A stretch of DNA of 63,968 nt, the filler included, from Craspedostauros australis (taxonomy: Eukaryota): the NCBI GenBank assembly GCA_030167865.1. It is 14 parts of 14 records of this genome, joined end to end, with 100 filler letters (N's around TTAATTAATTAA, not from the genome) between each part and the next. Parts side by side here need not be neighbours in the genome. Positions count along the whole stretch, not along the records: positions 21,932 to 24,397 come from JALAGF010001938.1; positions 24,498 to 25,853 come from JALAGF010001939.1; positions 25,954 to 42,921 come from JALAGF010001940.1; 11 more parts are not named here. One strand, given 5' to 3'. This document shows positions 22,666 to 35,707 of this stretch, piece by piece; positions within the stretch are counted from its first letter, which is position 1, and the number at the start of each line of letters is the position of its first letter. The position numbers and the translations under genes were made by a program. The notes under the pieces were generated by a model. The model saw only the letters and a program-made list of their open reading frames with translations. It had not been told where the DNA came from and searched no databases.

Positions 22666-24200
22666 CTACCATCCCATGAGCTTGGACCGGAGACGCTCGA
22701 ACGCGTCTCGGGCAAGCCCCTTTGTGAAGATGTCTGCGATCTGAACCGGTGTTGGAATGTGAAGAATGCGAATGAAGCCTTCCTTGACCCAGTACCAAAA
22801 GAAGTGCCACTTTGTCAAGAAGTGTTTGGTTCTCGATGTCACTTTGTGCTGTGTGGCCAGTGCAATGCATGCCTCGTTGTCCTCAAACACAGTGCATTGG
22901 ATATCTGTTTTGAGAGGCTCCTGCATTTGCGTGGCGGCGGCCACTTCGCGAATCAGCTGCTGGATCGGGATGAGAGCTCGCATAGCGAGTGATAGAGCTG
23001 CGTATTCAGACTCCATGGTTGATAGCGCAATCTCTGTTTGCAGCTTGGATTTCCAAACGAGCGGACATCCCCCCAGCACTACAACGTAACCGGTTCGGGA
23101 TCGCACTGCATTGGGTGATTCGTGTGCTTCCCTCTTATACAGCCCAGCGAAGTCGGCGTCCACGTAGCATTGGAGGTCGAGCTTCCCAGTTGGCCGTACG
23201 ATGGTTCCTTGTGTTCTGGTTTGCTTGAGATAGCGAACGATCATCTTCATGGCTTTTGCGTGGGGTTGTCGTGGATCGTTGCCGAAGCGAGCAACCTGAG
23301 ACACCGCATAGGCCAGATCTGGTCGGGTGTTGGTAGTCAGGTAAAGCAACATGCCAACAATGGACCGGTAGTTCCAGCTCTCTTTCATTGGTGGTGAGTC
23401 AAGACAAGCTCCCAAGGCGAGTTGTGTCGTTGGTACAACATTCGGATTGCAGTTTTCCATTCCGGTTGCCGCTATGATCTTGTTGATGAGCCCTGTCTGT
23501 CGCAGATGGATGGTTCCGTCCTTTGGATTCCTCGTAAGCTGGATCCCAAGGAAGTCCGAGAAGGTGCCTTCTTGGGTCAGTTCGAACCCTCGTCGTCGCA
23601 TGGAAGCAATGAACTGGTTGGTTTCTGCTTGCGTACGGGAGGCGATCCCGGCATCATCCACATATAGCACCATCATCATGCCTGGTCGAGTGAACAAGCA
23701 TTTTTCATGGTCACACGCCTTGAATCCTTCCGCTGTGAGTGCTTTGATGAGGTGCTCATACCACAGCCGAGGTGCAATGGTCAGTCCGTAAAGACTCTTC
23801 TCCAGCTTTAGGCACGTGTTCGGCCCTTTGGACGAGCGAAACCCCCGTGGTGGATGAAGGAAGACTGGCTTGTGGATTCGAGCTTGGACGAAGGCGTTCG
23901 TGAAATCAATGGAGGAAGTCACCCAGCCAAGAAGCACAGAGACCATAAGGAATACTCGGACGGAAGGCCAAGCCACCACCGGTGCGTAGGTGCTGGCGTC
24001 CTCGGACATGAGGTCACCTCTGCAGCACCATCTCCCTTTGTACTTCTTGACGGATCCGTCTGGTAGGCGCTTGCGGCGGAAGACCCAGGTTCCTGGATAG
24101 ATACGGTCGGTGGCTTGTTCTTTTGGTATCTCTACCCAGGTTCCCTTGCTGGTGAGATCGTCGATCTCCTTCTGTGCAGCTTCCATCCATCTTCCTTTGT
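22666..24200 (-). mobile_element. Ty1/Copia pol (RT-RNase H), interrupted at its 5' side
   Basis: WVFRRKR...KYKGRW, IDFTNAFVQ, KSLYGL, YVDD, YVDADFAG, ADIFTKGL. Confidence 0.95.
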
Positions 24201-24396
24201 TGTTGATAAAACGATAATGAAAACGAAGTGAACTTACTGAACGCCGAAGGGTGATCAATCCGTGGTAGTACAGTAGGTTGGTGAGTTTGAGTGTGAGTGT
24301 GTCTTAGTCTTTAAAAGCTGTACGAATCCAAATGAGACTTTCAAAAGGATTGTGAGCATGTGATGTGCAGCATCCATTATAGTTGGATCTGCAACA
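24201..24396. repeat. LTR of another element nested in the Copia pol, 196 bp
   Basis: TGTTG...CAACA termini; pol-like sequence stops at 24200. Confidence 0.65.
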
Positions 24397-24498
24397 TNNN
24401 NNNNNNNNNNNNNNNNNNNNNNNNNNNNNNNNNNNNNNNNNTTAATTAATTAANNNNNNNNNNNNNNNNNNNNNNNNNNNNNNNNNNNNNNNNNNNNA

Positions 24499-25853
24499 AC
24501 AGATTGAGATGATCTGTGTGTATTGTTATTTGCTGACCAAGGAGAATGTTATTGAATGCTTTCAGTGTTTCGACTATGCTGAGAAGCTCCTTCTCTCCTG
24601 TGGTATACCGCGTTTGAGCGGCATTAAGTTTACGAGTATAGAATGCCAGTGGCCTTCCTTCCTGTGCTATCACGCCACCAAGTTGGTAGTCGCTCGCATC
24701 GGCGTGCACATGGAACTCTTTGTTAAAATCTGGGTATGCAAGCGCTGCCTCTCGCATTACCATTTGTTTGGCCTCATCGAAGGCTTTCTGTTGGGTCTTG
24801 CCCCAGTGCCATTTCATGTTCTTGGCGGCGAGGGAGGTAAGTGGGGCCAACACATGGCTCCTGCGCTTCCACATATCGCGGTAGTAGTTGACCATGCCTA
24901 AGAAACGTCTCAGCTGTCGTTTTGTCGACGGCGGCAGCACTCGCTGTATCGCTTTCACTTTCTTTGGCTGAGGCTCAAGGCCGCGTTGCGTCAGTTTGTA
25001 ACCCAAGTAGTCCAGCTCCTTCATCATGAAGAATGACTTGCGCAGGTTCACAGCAAACCCAGCATCTTGGAGACGCGCGAGCACGGCATGACATTTTGTC
25101 AGATGATCGTCGTCACTGTCATTTGTATCCGACAGGACGAGTATGTCATCAAGGTAGACCAGTACGAATTCTAGGTCTCCAAGCAGCTCATTCATGATGC
25201 GCTGGAATATGTCAGGGGCTGTGGATATACCCATTGGCAGCTTTTTATATCTGTACTTTCCCCACGGTAATACCGTGGTGCACAAGTTCTGGCTGGAGGT
25301 ATCTAATGGAATGTGGTAGTACCCCATAGACAGGTCGAATGATGTTGCGTACTTGAACTGTTCCAGCTTCTGAAGCATGTCCTGGATCTTCGGCAACGGA
25401 TATGGTCGCCGTTTCAGGTGCTTGTTCAGCTCCCGGAAGTCAGTTAGTACTCGGACATCTCCAGTCTTCTTTGGCTGGATGAAGCTGGGTGCAGCCCAGT
25501 CACTATTGGAGAACTTCTCCCACACTCCGATNNNNNNNNNNNNNNNNNNNNNNNNNNNNNNNNNNNNNNNNNNNNNNNNNNNNNNNGGAAAGGCTTTGCC
25601 ATGGAATGGCTTTGCATTTGATTTGAGTTCCAGATGTACTGGACTGATCTTCAACGTACCCAGGCCTCCTTTGAAGGTCTTTGGTGTACGTTGGAGTGTC
25701 GCAAGCAGCTTTTGTTGTTGCGCTTTGCTGAGATGGCTCAGCTTGGACACGTATTTATCCAGCTCTATTTCGCTGTAGTCAGCATCCATGATTCGCTTCT
25801 GCCTATCTTCTGCTTTGTTGAGCAGGGTAGACTGCATCGCTATATGGTATGCG
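24499..25853 (-). mobile_element. Ty3/Gypsy pol fragment (RT-RNase H)
   Basis: DFRELNK, DLSMGYYHI, LPMG, YLDD, RRFLGMVNYYR, DASDYQLG, EKELLSIV, TDHLNL. Confidence 0.95.
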
Positions 25854-28800
25854 NNNNNNNNNNNNNNNNNNNNNNNNNNNNNNNNNNNNNNNNNNNNTTA
25901 ATTAATTAANNNNNNNNNNNNNNNNNNNNNNNNNNNNNNNNNNNNNNNNNNNNTTTTTGGCATCCCTACACGTTCACGTCTACATTCACGGCAACAGCAA
26001 CACTTGCGAATACTCCACAGCATAATATAATACAATGTAGCACAGTGACTCATCCTATGGTATACAAATATACTATACTCTCCACAACATAATAGGATGA
26101 ACTTGATGCTTATCTTAGCAATCCGCAAGTGATGACAAGATAACCCTGAATGGGGTCACANNNNNNNNNNNNNNNNNNNNNNNNNNNNNNNNNNNNNNNN
26201 NNNNNNNNNNNATTGACGGGCACTGATTTAGTCTTGGGGGCAGATTTGGATACGGGACTGATGGTCGTGACTTGAAATCGGGGTGAACGAGGCTGACAAG
26301 TTATGAAATTATGACCCTTACAACCACCTCCACTGTCTCAGCATCAAACAACACGCATTCCTCCTTCGAGATAGCGACGAGGCTTGCCAGTTGGAGGACG
26401 ATCAATCATCCACCTTCCAGTATGTGTGTGTGCGTGGAGAATCTCTTCTTCTCCATGCAACGGCTTTCGTTGGTTGGCATTGATCAGATGGTTGGACGGG
26501 TGAGGGTTGCCATTGCTCGCTCTCTCACTCTCTTTGACCACGGTTTGGAACAACGTGGGCAATACTTGTAGTCTCAGAAAGTTGAATACTTTTCGCGCAT
26601 TGGGGTGGAGCAAAGCGAGCCATCACATTCTCTCCTCACCAGAGCGATGGAATTCCCCACCGCCTCCCAACTCTCCGCGCGCTTTCGCCCATGTTCAGCC
26701 CCAACAACCGATGCCATCAACCAACGCCCCGTGTTGCAACTGCCTCCACCAGTGATGTCGCAAATGCGGCCAAATGGGACCGCTTCTCAATTCATCCAAG
26801 CACCCCCCATGGGCTCCACAACTTCTCTTTCGACCACGGGCATCAAGAACAGCGGTACTCACACTGGTAACGAGGAGAAAGGAAAAGAAGAAACGAGAGG
26901 AAAAGAACAGAGGAAAACGTGACTGGCGGTCGCTAGCAACAAGTACATAACTAGCCCCTACAGCTGTAATCGTGGATACGATCAGATCGTGTACCGTCTT
27001 CAATCGTGTCAGAGAGAAACATCGCCGACGTTGCCGACTGGTTCGATTTGAGTTGAAAGGCTACTATGGCTTGATCTAGATGTAGATAATTGGAAATTCG
27101 ACTTCGTTGCGGAAACCAACATGAACATGACCACAACACCATCCGCGTGCACCTGAGTGCTATACTATACGTCGTACTATGTAGGTATGTCACATTCGCA
27201 TTCCGTACGAGTCATCAGCCCCGCATGGTTCGTCCGCGTGCGAGTACCCATGCATTCAGTCCAATCTCTTGCATCCGCACAGGCGTGAACCGTCGAGCAG
27301 AGTAATTCAAGACACCATTCCATTCCATGCCATCGCAATGCAATGCTCTCATCAGTCCATGACGCCATTCGACGATGCAGCGTACGAGCTACCAACAGCC
27401 TGGTTGCGGCGGAGGCGCCATCTGACTCTCCTCTCGATCGCAGAGATCCATGTTGTGCGATTCTGTTGTGTTCGTTGTGCCAGTCACAGAGACGTCGATT
27501 TGATCCACCGTGAGGTGGAGTCATGGTGCTCTTTCCGCTCAATCCAATCCGCGCACATCCTCCAATACTGCTGCTGGCGTCGACCTGGGCGGAAGGGTTG
27601 GAGGTGGAATGGACGTGCTTCACAGTCTGTATAATTGTTGTTGTAGTGGTAGATTACCTTGTATTATATTCGTGCGTGGCTTGTGCAATCCTTGCATTGG
27701 TACACGATGGGAATCGCTTTGGGCTGAGATGATGGGTGTTCCGGAGAACGCGCTGACCATCAATCGCCCATCTTCATGTTTATGGTGGTGTTGGTGGCGC
27801 GCATGAGGCATCGGAGTGTGGTGTGGTTTGGTGTGGTGCAGCGCCAATGCAAACGGTATCTCATCTCGCCACAAAACTCGTCACAGGTGGTGGGCAGTCG
27901 AATGGTTCCCAACACAGAAGCGTTTCACCAAAAGGAATGCGAGATCAAAACCAACACCCCACTGCACGTATGCGGTATCCTGACAAGCACCATCGAGAGT
28001 CTTTGAACCGGTGGAGGAGAGCAATAGATCGTATTCTAGTATACATACGAGCTATTCGTATCCGTACATACGACTACTATACCTCACATCGTATCTGTTC
28101 TCCCAAAGGCAGACCTCCCATGCGCTGAGCAGATGCACAACTCTTCTTTGAACGAAGTTGACGCCGGATTCGAACTGTGGTAACGCGCAAACACAGAGTG
28201 TATGGCACGAGTATTGCTACCGCACTCGTCCATTTCATCGGCACCTTTGTGAGCGGAATAACTCGTAGGACAGAGCGGTACCGGCCTGGTTGTGCTGTTC
28301 TCTGTTCCGTTCCGCTCCTCGTATGCGCTGTTCCATCTTACCAAGGAGGCAGGTCAGAGGTATGACAATACCATTCATCTCCCTGAGCAATCATCGGCAT
28401 CAACAAACCAAACATCCAAGCAGCCAGCGATTCATCGACTTCCGGTGGCGATTGTTCATCCTCCTTCTCCATGCGAAGTTGATGTGTGTTGCAGACAGAA
28501 CCGCGAAATCCAAAGGGCAAGTTTCAGACAGACGCCGCGCAGAATGAAGGACGAAAGCGAATGAGAAGGTGTCGGTGAGATTGATGAACCAACCCTGTTC
28601 CTGTGACCCTTTCGGTGGCGATCTTCGACTTCTCCCGTGCCTGTTTGCTAGCAACATGAGTTATTGTGCAGCGCGTGGCCCAATGAACAAAGAAAGATGG
28701 TATTATAATAGTTCCGCAGTGACGCGCCATCGCAACAACATGGGTGCTCAAGAGAAGGGTTGGATACCACCCATGTGCGATCTATCCGCGCTACTGGTGC

Positions 28801-31113
28801 CATCAGACTCTTACCCCGCAGATCGTACCATCCTCCAACAGCCAAAGCTCCCCCTGGGGCACTCAAACTGTGTTGTTGTCCGCTTTCGAATGAGTAAACG
28901 CAGCTCGCACATCATTCATTGTCATCATTGTCGGCCACGTTTGCTGCTCGTCAGCCCACACCGCAATGGAGATGGGGAAGATACCACCGGTTGTCCTCTG
29001 CTCTGCTCTACTCTGTTCACCCATACCCATGGCAAACCGCAACATGATCATTCACGGTGGCGGATGTGGAGGCCGAAACCTCAGTCGATCCTTGATGTTG
29101 AGGTTGACGTTGATAGTGATGTTTCTGTTGGCAACTTTGTCATTTTCGGGGGCTTGTTTGCGACTCACGTGAGAGAGAGAGAGAGAGGGAGAACACGCAT
29201 TGATGTGAATACCTTCTGCGATTCTGGTCCATTGCCATCGTCACTCCTTGGGCCACTGACGAACGCACATGTGACAAACTATCCTTCGGGACAGGCATAG
29301 GTAGTATGTCGTGGATGGTATCGAGGCTTCACACCAATGGTCCTGGCTTCGTCACGCGTACTACGATGATCCGCCCCTGATCGACTCTACCTGCATCCGT
29401 GCATGGCATTTTGTTCACCGGTTTCTATTTCAAGGGTGGTAAGGCCCACCACAGTTCACGAGTATCGTTGGTGTGTGCGTGATGAATGTGCACAGTGCGA
29501 GTTCTCGGTGACATGTTCGACTGCTACCGTTCTACGAAGGACCTTCTTTGCCCAAGCAGAAAGATACCAAGACAACGGTCGCGTTTTGTGGCCTTTTGTT
29601 TGCGCTTTCCTCCATTTTCAATTTCTCCTGGTTGTGACCTTAGCGGGGATACATCAGCGCCGATGCCTCCGTATAGTGCCTCATGCTGGTACTGTGCTCG
29701 TGGAATATTGGTGCCCTCCCCAACAATACCGCTCCCGCAATTCACACGTCACCCCATCGTGACACGTGTGCACCATCACGATGCCGCCCGACACGACGTG
29801 ACGCTGTGCGTCACAAGAAGAAGGGGACGAGAAGAGAGGGTCACGCCGCGTTCCTATTCTCCACACGCGGCTCAGTTATCGCGCATCATTGACTCGGCGA
29901 TGTCTGCACCTTGTGAGTAAGTCGTGGGTGTGATTGAGGCCTCCAAACTGGTGCATCGCGTGATTGATACCGTAATTGGCATATTTTTCTACTTTTGTGA
30001 CAAAGGATGACACAGGTGGTCATCAGCGTGACGTACAGTGGAAATGGTTTTTCCGCAAAACATATGGTCACTTCAATCTCGCGGGCGAATTCCTTGTGTT
30101 CCATTCCTCCGGAAGGCAGCTTTGCGGTTAAATATCGTGACGTCAAGAGAAACTGAATGGTCACAAAGAAACCTGGCACATTCAACTTCGTGCTTCGCGG
30201 TTTCGTCTCATGATATTTGCCGGTTTGGCTGGTTTGACCACATTTTGGCTCCCGACCGCCGCAACCCACCCAGAGGAAGCTCACAAAAACAAAAAGCAAG
30301 AGAGAGAAAGCCACAACAAAACTCGCCGCTTCCGACACCACAAAGAACAAAGAAACAGAACAACGACCACCATCTCATCATCTCATCATCCTATCATCCC
30401 ATCATCCCATCATCCCATCATCCTATCATCTCGCCTCATTCTCATCCTCATCCTCATAAAGCAAACAGTCTCCTGATTGTGAACTCTCTTCACGCCATTT
30501 CAGCACGCTTCCACCAATTCGTGGAATACACTTATCCTTCGTTTGTTACGATCACAGTATCACTATTACTGCAACTATTGCTATTTGCCAGAGACATCGA
30601 ACACGGAACACTCGGGAGCCAAAGCGCAGAGCAGAGAGCACAACAACAAACAACGAACAACGAACGACGAACAGCAAGCAACTGGCAACACCCACCGAAC
30701 GAAAAACTTCAACAGCGTTATCCCAAAGACCACCCAGCACCTTCAGCCAAACATACCGTAGTACCTGCACATCCAGGATCAACGAACGCACAAGCGCACC
30801 CACACCCACACTCACATACACAACCACAGTGACCATACCAACGCTGCCCCTCCTCTCCTTCTGCATCACATCATCATCATCATCGTCACCATCACCATCA
30901 CCCGGTTGAGTTGACAGTTGACAGCCGAAGTATCGCATCATATCACATCACAAATAACGCAAAAAGGATCACAGAGCCAACGAAGCTGCTTCACGCTCTG
31001 AAACGACACTGAGGCACAATCTTCCCCAGCATCATCAACAGACCATCCCCATTCCATTCCACACGGACACTCACAACTTTGCGACCGCGCAACCGCACAA
31101 CCGCATCTCGAAG

Positions 31114-34100
31114 ATGGATCATCACCACCACCAGCACAATCAACACAATCAACACAATCAACGCAATCAGCACCATCAGCACAACCAACAACAGCAAAGG
31201 CAACGGAACGGAAGCTTGACCCATGCCCAGAGTCATTCATTCTCGCACGGACACCCAAACGCCCCTATGTATACTAGTACCGCGCCGTTCATGATCGCAG
31301 CTGATCACAGCAGTGGTCTCAGCGCCGGCAACAAGAGGAGCATCAGCGGCCAAGCCAAGCAGGCAAGCGCCCCTCATCACATGGCCATGCGAGCCATGCC
31401 ATCTCTGTACGACGCCACTGCTCGCCTCAACGAACCACCGCAGAAGAGAACGAGGCTCGTTTCGGCACTCTCCACTCAGGATGAAGTCATCGCGACCGTC
31501 ATGGCGCTCAACAACCACAACGCCATGAAGTTCTTCGCTGCTGGTGACTATGCTCGGGCAGAATCATGCTTCCTCCACGCCATGTCGATCCTCAACGAGC
31601 ACTGCCTCCAGTTCCTCACCGCCTCGTCCCTCGAAGCCTTGGCTTCTTCCGAACAGGCCAACAATACAGCATGCGCTTCAGTCGGAATCCACCTTCCTGG
31701 AACGGCTGCCGGCGCATCCAACGGTACAACCAACGGCACCGTGACCGGATCTCCCCACCACCAGCACCAGCACCAGCACCAGCAGCAGCAGAAGTCGGTA
31801 ACGAACGAACAGAGGAGATACGACTTTGAACAATCCAAGGACACATCTGCCTCTGGAATTCTCAGTGCCACCTCTCTTTTGGAGCTTCTCAACACCTCGA
31901 ACAGCGCCGTTGCTTCCGCTTCCACCTCTGCATCCGCAACGACATCGACATCGACGTCAATGTCGAAGGCGCGAGTGACCACATGTTCCGCCTCCATGGT
32001 CTCGGCATCGAAGCCATGCGTTCTGTCAAGTTTGCTCAGCATTGAGGCAACCTCCTTGCCATCGTCGTTGTCGTGGTCGTTGTCGTCCACATCCAAACCA
32101 ACATCCAAGCCCACACCTGCCGTTGGCGCGGCGTCGCGAATGATGGCGAACGAACAGTCCGGCGAATCCAAAAAGTCCACATACCACTACGACGAAGGGA
32201 TGCATATGTACAAAGATGTGATGCCACTCTCCGCGGAGATCTACCGACTGATGATAGACAACGGCGGAGCGCAGGCCACCTACCACGCCATGGGATTCAT
32301 GAAGTTCGCCATCCTCTACAACATTGGGCAGACCTGCATCCACCGCAACGAATTCGAAAAGGCGGAGCAATGGTTTCACCAGGCTCTGGTCGAGTGCAAC
32401 GCATCCAGCTCCATCGACACCACAACGGCGCTGCTCAAGCTGCTTCACAACCTCGGATACTGTGCATTCCGACGCAACCGCAACCTCGTGGCCATCAAAT
32501 CGTACGAGAATGCTCTCAACATCGCCAAATCGCTGATGGACACGCAGCAACGGTGCGAGTTCATCGCATCGTCGCTGAACTGCGTCGCCGTCATGAAGTT
32601 CGTGCAGCACCCGCAAAAGCAGGCGACCCTGGAATCCGCCAACATGCTGCAGCACAGTCGCCAGATCTACAAGCTCCTGCTCGAGCAGCAGCATCAGCGC
32701 GAACAGCAGAAGAAGATGCGTGCATTCCACACGGATCAGCAACCCTCAATCTTCGCATTCCCATCATCATTCCTACCATCGTCGACGTTGTCGTCATCCA
32801 ACTCATTCTCCGGAACGAACGCGCCATCTACGCCGAATCATGCCTTCAACGCCGCTGCGGAATTCTCCGCGAGCGAGCCGCTCAAGTGCGATGATATCAT
32901 CAGCCCGGAAGGCAACACAGTCAGCGCCGCCAGCAGGTACATCGCGATGGCGACCGTACTGAACAACCTTGGCCGGGTCTACTACTTCAACCGCAGCTAC
33001 AACCAAGCGTTGGGGGTGTACACCGAGTGCCTGCAGCTGCGACAGCGGTACCTTCCAAGAGATTCGCTGGACATCGCCGTGACGATCTACAATCTGGGCC
33101 AGACCCATCACCAGCTGAACAAGTCGGACGAGGCGCTGGAATGCTACAAGGTATTTCGATCCATGATCCTGGACAAGCTCCCCTTCGAATCGCGCGACGT
33201 CGCCATCGTGCACAAGTGCATGGCGGAGCTGTACCACGAGCGCAACGAACTGGAGCGATGCCATGAGTGCCTGGAGCAGTCGCTGAGCGCGGCGCGCGCC
33301 TGTCTCGGCCCCTTCCACGCCGAAGTGGCAAGCATCCTGAACAAGATCGGTAACGTGTGCTACGAGCTGGGAATGTATGACGCCGCCATGAAGTACTACA
33401 AGCAAGGGTTGGAGATCGAACGCGTTGTGCTGGGGGCTTGCCACCCGCACACGGTCGTGACGATGGTGAACATCGCGCACATCCACAAGCAGCAGAAGAA
33501 CTTCCGTCAGGCGCTGCGGCTATACTCCCAGGTGCGGTCCATCCAGGCAACCAACGCCCAATCGGAAGGTGAGGCTGACGATGCCACTACTTCCTCGCAT
33601 GGCAACGCTGATAACAACATCAACGATAACAACACCAACATCAACGACACGGCTTCGGCCAATGGAGGACGCACACGACAGCAGAGACGGCGACGCCGCA
33701 GGTCGCAGGAACGCCAGCGCCGCGCCAACATCGACGAGGCCACGAGCTTGAGCAACATGGGTCTGATGCAGTACAACCTGAAGGACTACCGCGGCGCGTT
33801 CGAATCGTACCAAGAGGCCCTGCGCATCCGGCGTGACTACTACGAGAGCGAGGATCACGCGGACATCGCGTCGACGCTGAACTCCATCGGCCTGACGCTG
33901 TTCAAGCAGCGCATGTACGGATTGGCGCAGCAGTGCTTCGCGCAGTGCCTGAAGATCCGCAAGTCACTGCTGGGCGACGACCACCGCGATGTGGCCGTCG
34001 TGTGGTACAACATGGGCACGATCCACTTCGAGCAGGGCGAGGACGATGACGCCGTGGCGTGCTACCGCGAGACGCTGCGCGTGGAGGAAATCGCGCTGGG

Positions 34101-34539
34101 CAAGTATCACTGTGACGTTGTGATGACGCTGCAGCACATCGGTCAGGTCCACCAGCAGATCGGGCGGTTCGATGACGCCATGCAGTTCCTGATGGAGGCC
34201 AAGCGCCGCGACATCCATCGCATCGCGTTGCAGCAAGCCGATGTCGACGGAGACGAAGACGGCGACATGGAGACAGGCCGACCAACATCGGAGAAGGACG
34301 TGTTCGGACTCGCCAAGATCCACAATCTCATTGGCAACCTGCATCTGCAGCAGGGACAGGTGAAGGAGATGATGGTGGAATTCACGGAGGCGCTGCGGTT
34401 GGTGGACGCATACCACAGCGACAATCCAGCCGTCGACGGATCATCCACGAGGAGGTCCGGCATGGACTCCCTGCTGATCGCCGGGTACAACTTCTACGGT
34501 CTGAGCAAGACCAACCCACCCGCCGCGCCTGTGGCATGA
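31114..34539 (+). CDS. Tetratricopeptide-repeat protein (kinesin-light-chain/NPHP3-like repeats), 1141 aa
   Basis: Many repeats such as ATVLNNLGRVYY, AVTIYNLGQTHH, ASILNKIGNV, ASTLNSIGLTLF; His/Gln-rich N-terminus. Confidence 0.92.
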   Translation: MDHHHHQHNQHNQHNQRNQHHQHNQQQQRQRNGSLTHAQSHSFSHGHPNAPMYTSTAPFMIAADHSSGLSAGNKRSISGQAKQASAPHHMAMRAMPSLYDATARLNEPPQKRTRLVSALSTQDEVIATVMALNNHNAMKFFAAGDYARAESCFLHAMSILNEHCLQFLTASSLEALASSEQANNTACASVGIHLPGTAAGASNGTTNGTVTGSPHHQHQHQHQQQQKSVTNEQRRYDFEQSKDTSASGILSATSLLELLNTSNSAVASASTSASATTSTSTSMSKARVTTCSASMVSASKPCVLSSLLSIEATSLPSSLSWSLSSTSKPTSKPTPAVGAASRMMANEQSGESKKSTYHYDEGMHMYKDVMPLSAEIYRLMIDNGGAQATYHAMGFMKFAILYNIGQTCIHRNEFEKAEQWFHQALVECNASSSIDTTTALLKLLHNLGYCAFRRNRNLVAIKSYENALNIAKSLMDTQQRCEFIASSLNCVAVMKFVQHPQKQATLESANMLQHSRQIYKLLLEQQHQREQQKKMRAFHTDQQPSIFAFPSSFLPSSTLSSSNSFSGTNAPSTPNHAFNAAAEFSASEPLKCDDIISPEGNTVSAASRYIAMATVLNNLGRVYYFNRSYNQALGVYTECLQLRQRYLPRDSLDIAVTIYNLGQTHHQLNKSDEALECYKVFRSMILDKLPFESRDVAIVHKCMAELYHERNELERCHECLEQSLSAARACLGPFHAEVASILNKIGNVCYELGMYDAAMKYYKQGLEIERVVLGACHPHTVVTMVNIAHIHKQQKNFRQALRLYSQVRSIQATNAQSEGEADDATTSSHGNADNNINDNNTNINDTASANGGRTRQQRRRRRRSQERQRRANIDEATSLSNMGLMQYNLKDYRGAFESYQEALRIRRDYYESEDHADIASTLNSIGLTLFKQRMYGLAQQCFAQCLKIRKSLLGDDHRDVAVVWYNMGTIHFEQGEDDDAVACYRETLRVEEIALGKYHCDVVMTLQHIGQVHQQIGRFDDAMQFLMEAKRRDIHRIALQQADVDGDEDGDMETGRPTSEKDVFGLAKIHNLIGNLHLQQGQVKEMMVEFTEALRLVDAYHSDNPAVDGSSTRRSGMDSLLIAGYNFYGLSKTNPPAAPVA

Positions 34540-35707
34540 GGCGGTCATCAGGAGACTGTGATACGAGCTACATATGCACTCGCATACGCACACGCACACA
34601 TGGCAGCAGTAGGAGCAAATTCGCGCTAACAAACTCCAGCAGTCTGACATATTGTACAACCTAATAGAATCAAACCAACGCAAACAGATTCCATCAATCA
34701 CGCATAGGTACACGCAATCACAAGGTATCACATCAAGAAGAAGCCGAGGAAGAAAGCCCCTTCCGCTGCATGGAAGGTGGGGCATACCATTGCTGTCATG
34801 TATCGCTCGTACTTGCACTTATACTAATATAATGCAATAGTCGTGAAGATAGGGAGGGAGGGAATGAGATAGACTGATGGAAAGAGCGGAAGTGATCGCG
34901 CTGCGAGACCATGCGAAACCGAAATGTGAATTTGTGACGAAAAAAGACCCCTCATTCCCGAATACCTTCGATCCCGTGAAGAAGACTGCTCTTCGTCAGG
35001 ACGCCCGACGATGACGTCATCCAATGTTGTTCTATCGACTCATTCGATCAATGGAATTCAAACTGAACTGATTTCGTCGATGCTGACGATGGCGGCCAAT
35101 CGGAGATGAGCCCAAATTCGAACGCGATGACGATGGCGCGCACCAACGCGACGTGCGGCCGCAAGGACACCAAGAACAACAGTAGCAGCAGCATTGGCAG
35201 TGGTGGCAACATAACTCATAGCATAGGACGATCACCAGAGTGCATACGGCGAGAAGCACACACAAGCGAGACGAAGCCTCTTGCAGCTGGTGTCACAACA
35301 GCCATCAGTCGCAACTGCAGAAAGGCATTGATCTGTCCATCGCATCCAGAGTCTGACAGAGCAGGGTGGAGTTGAAATCCATCAATTTCGGAGGGAAAGA
35401 AGAGGAACGGTGCGAGACGAGTACGAGTACGCGTATGAGTAGCGTAGAGTACCATCCACACTTGTACTCCATCATACTCTGCCTATCCTCTGTGCATATC
35501 CTCGTCAGCAGTTGACGTATGCAAGGACAGCAGCGACCAGACCTTGGCTGAGCCGGAGAGCAGCCTGGAAAGGGATTGCTATTGCTTCATTTCGTTCCAT
35601 TCTTTTCAATACAGTACAGAGAGTAAAAATACTTTATTGCAGCGGAGAAGGACACAAGGAAAGCACTAAGAGGAACCCCCATTCGAGTACTCGTATTCTC
35701 TCGCATC

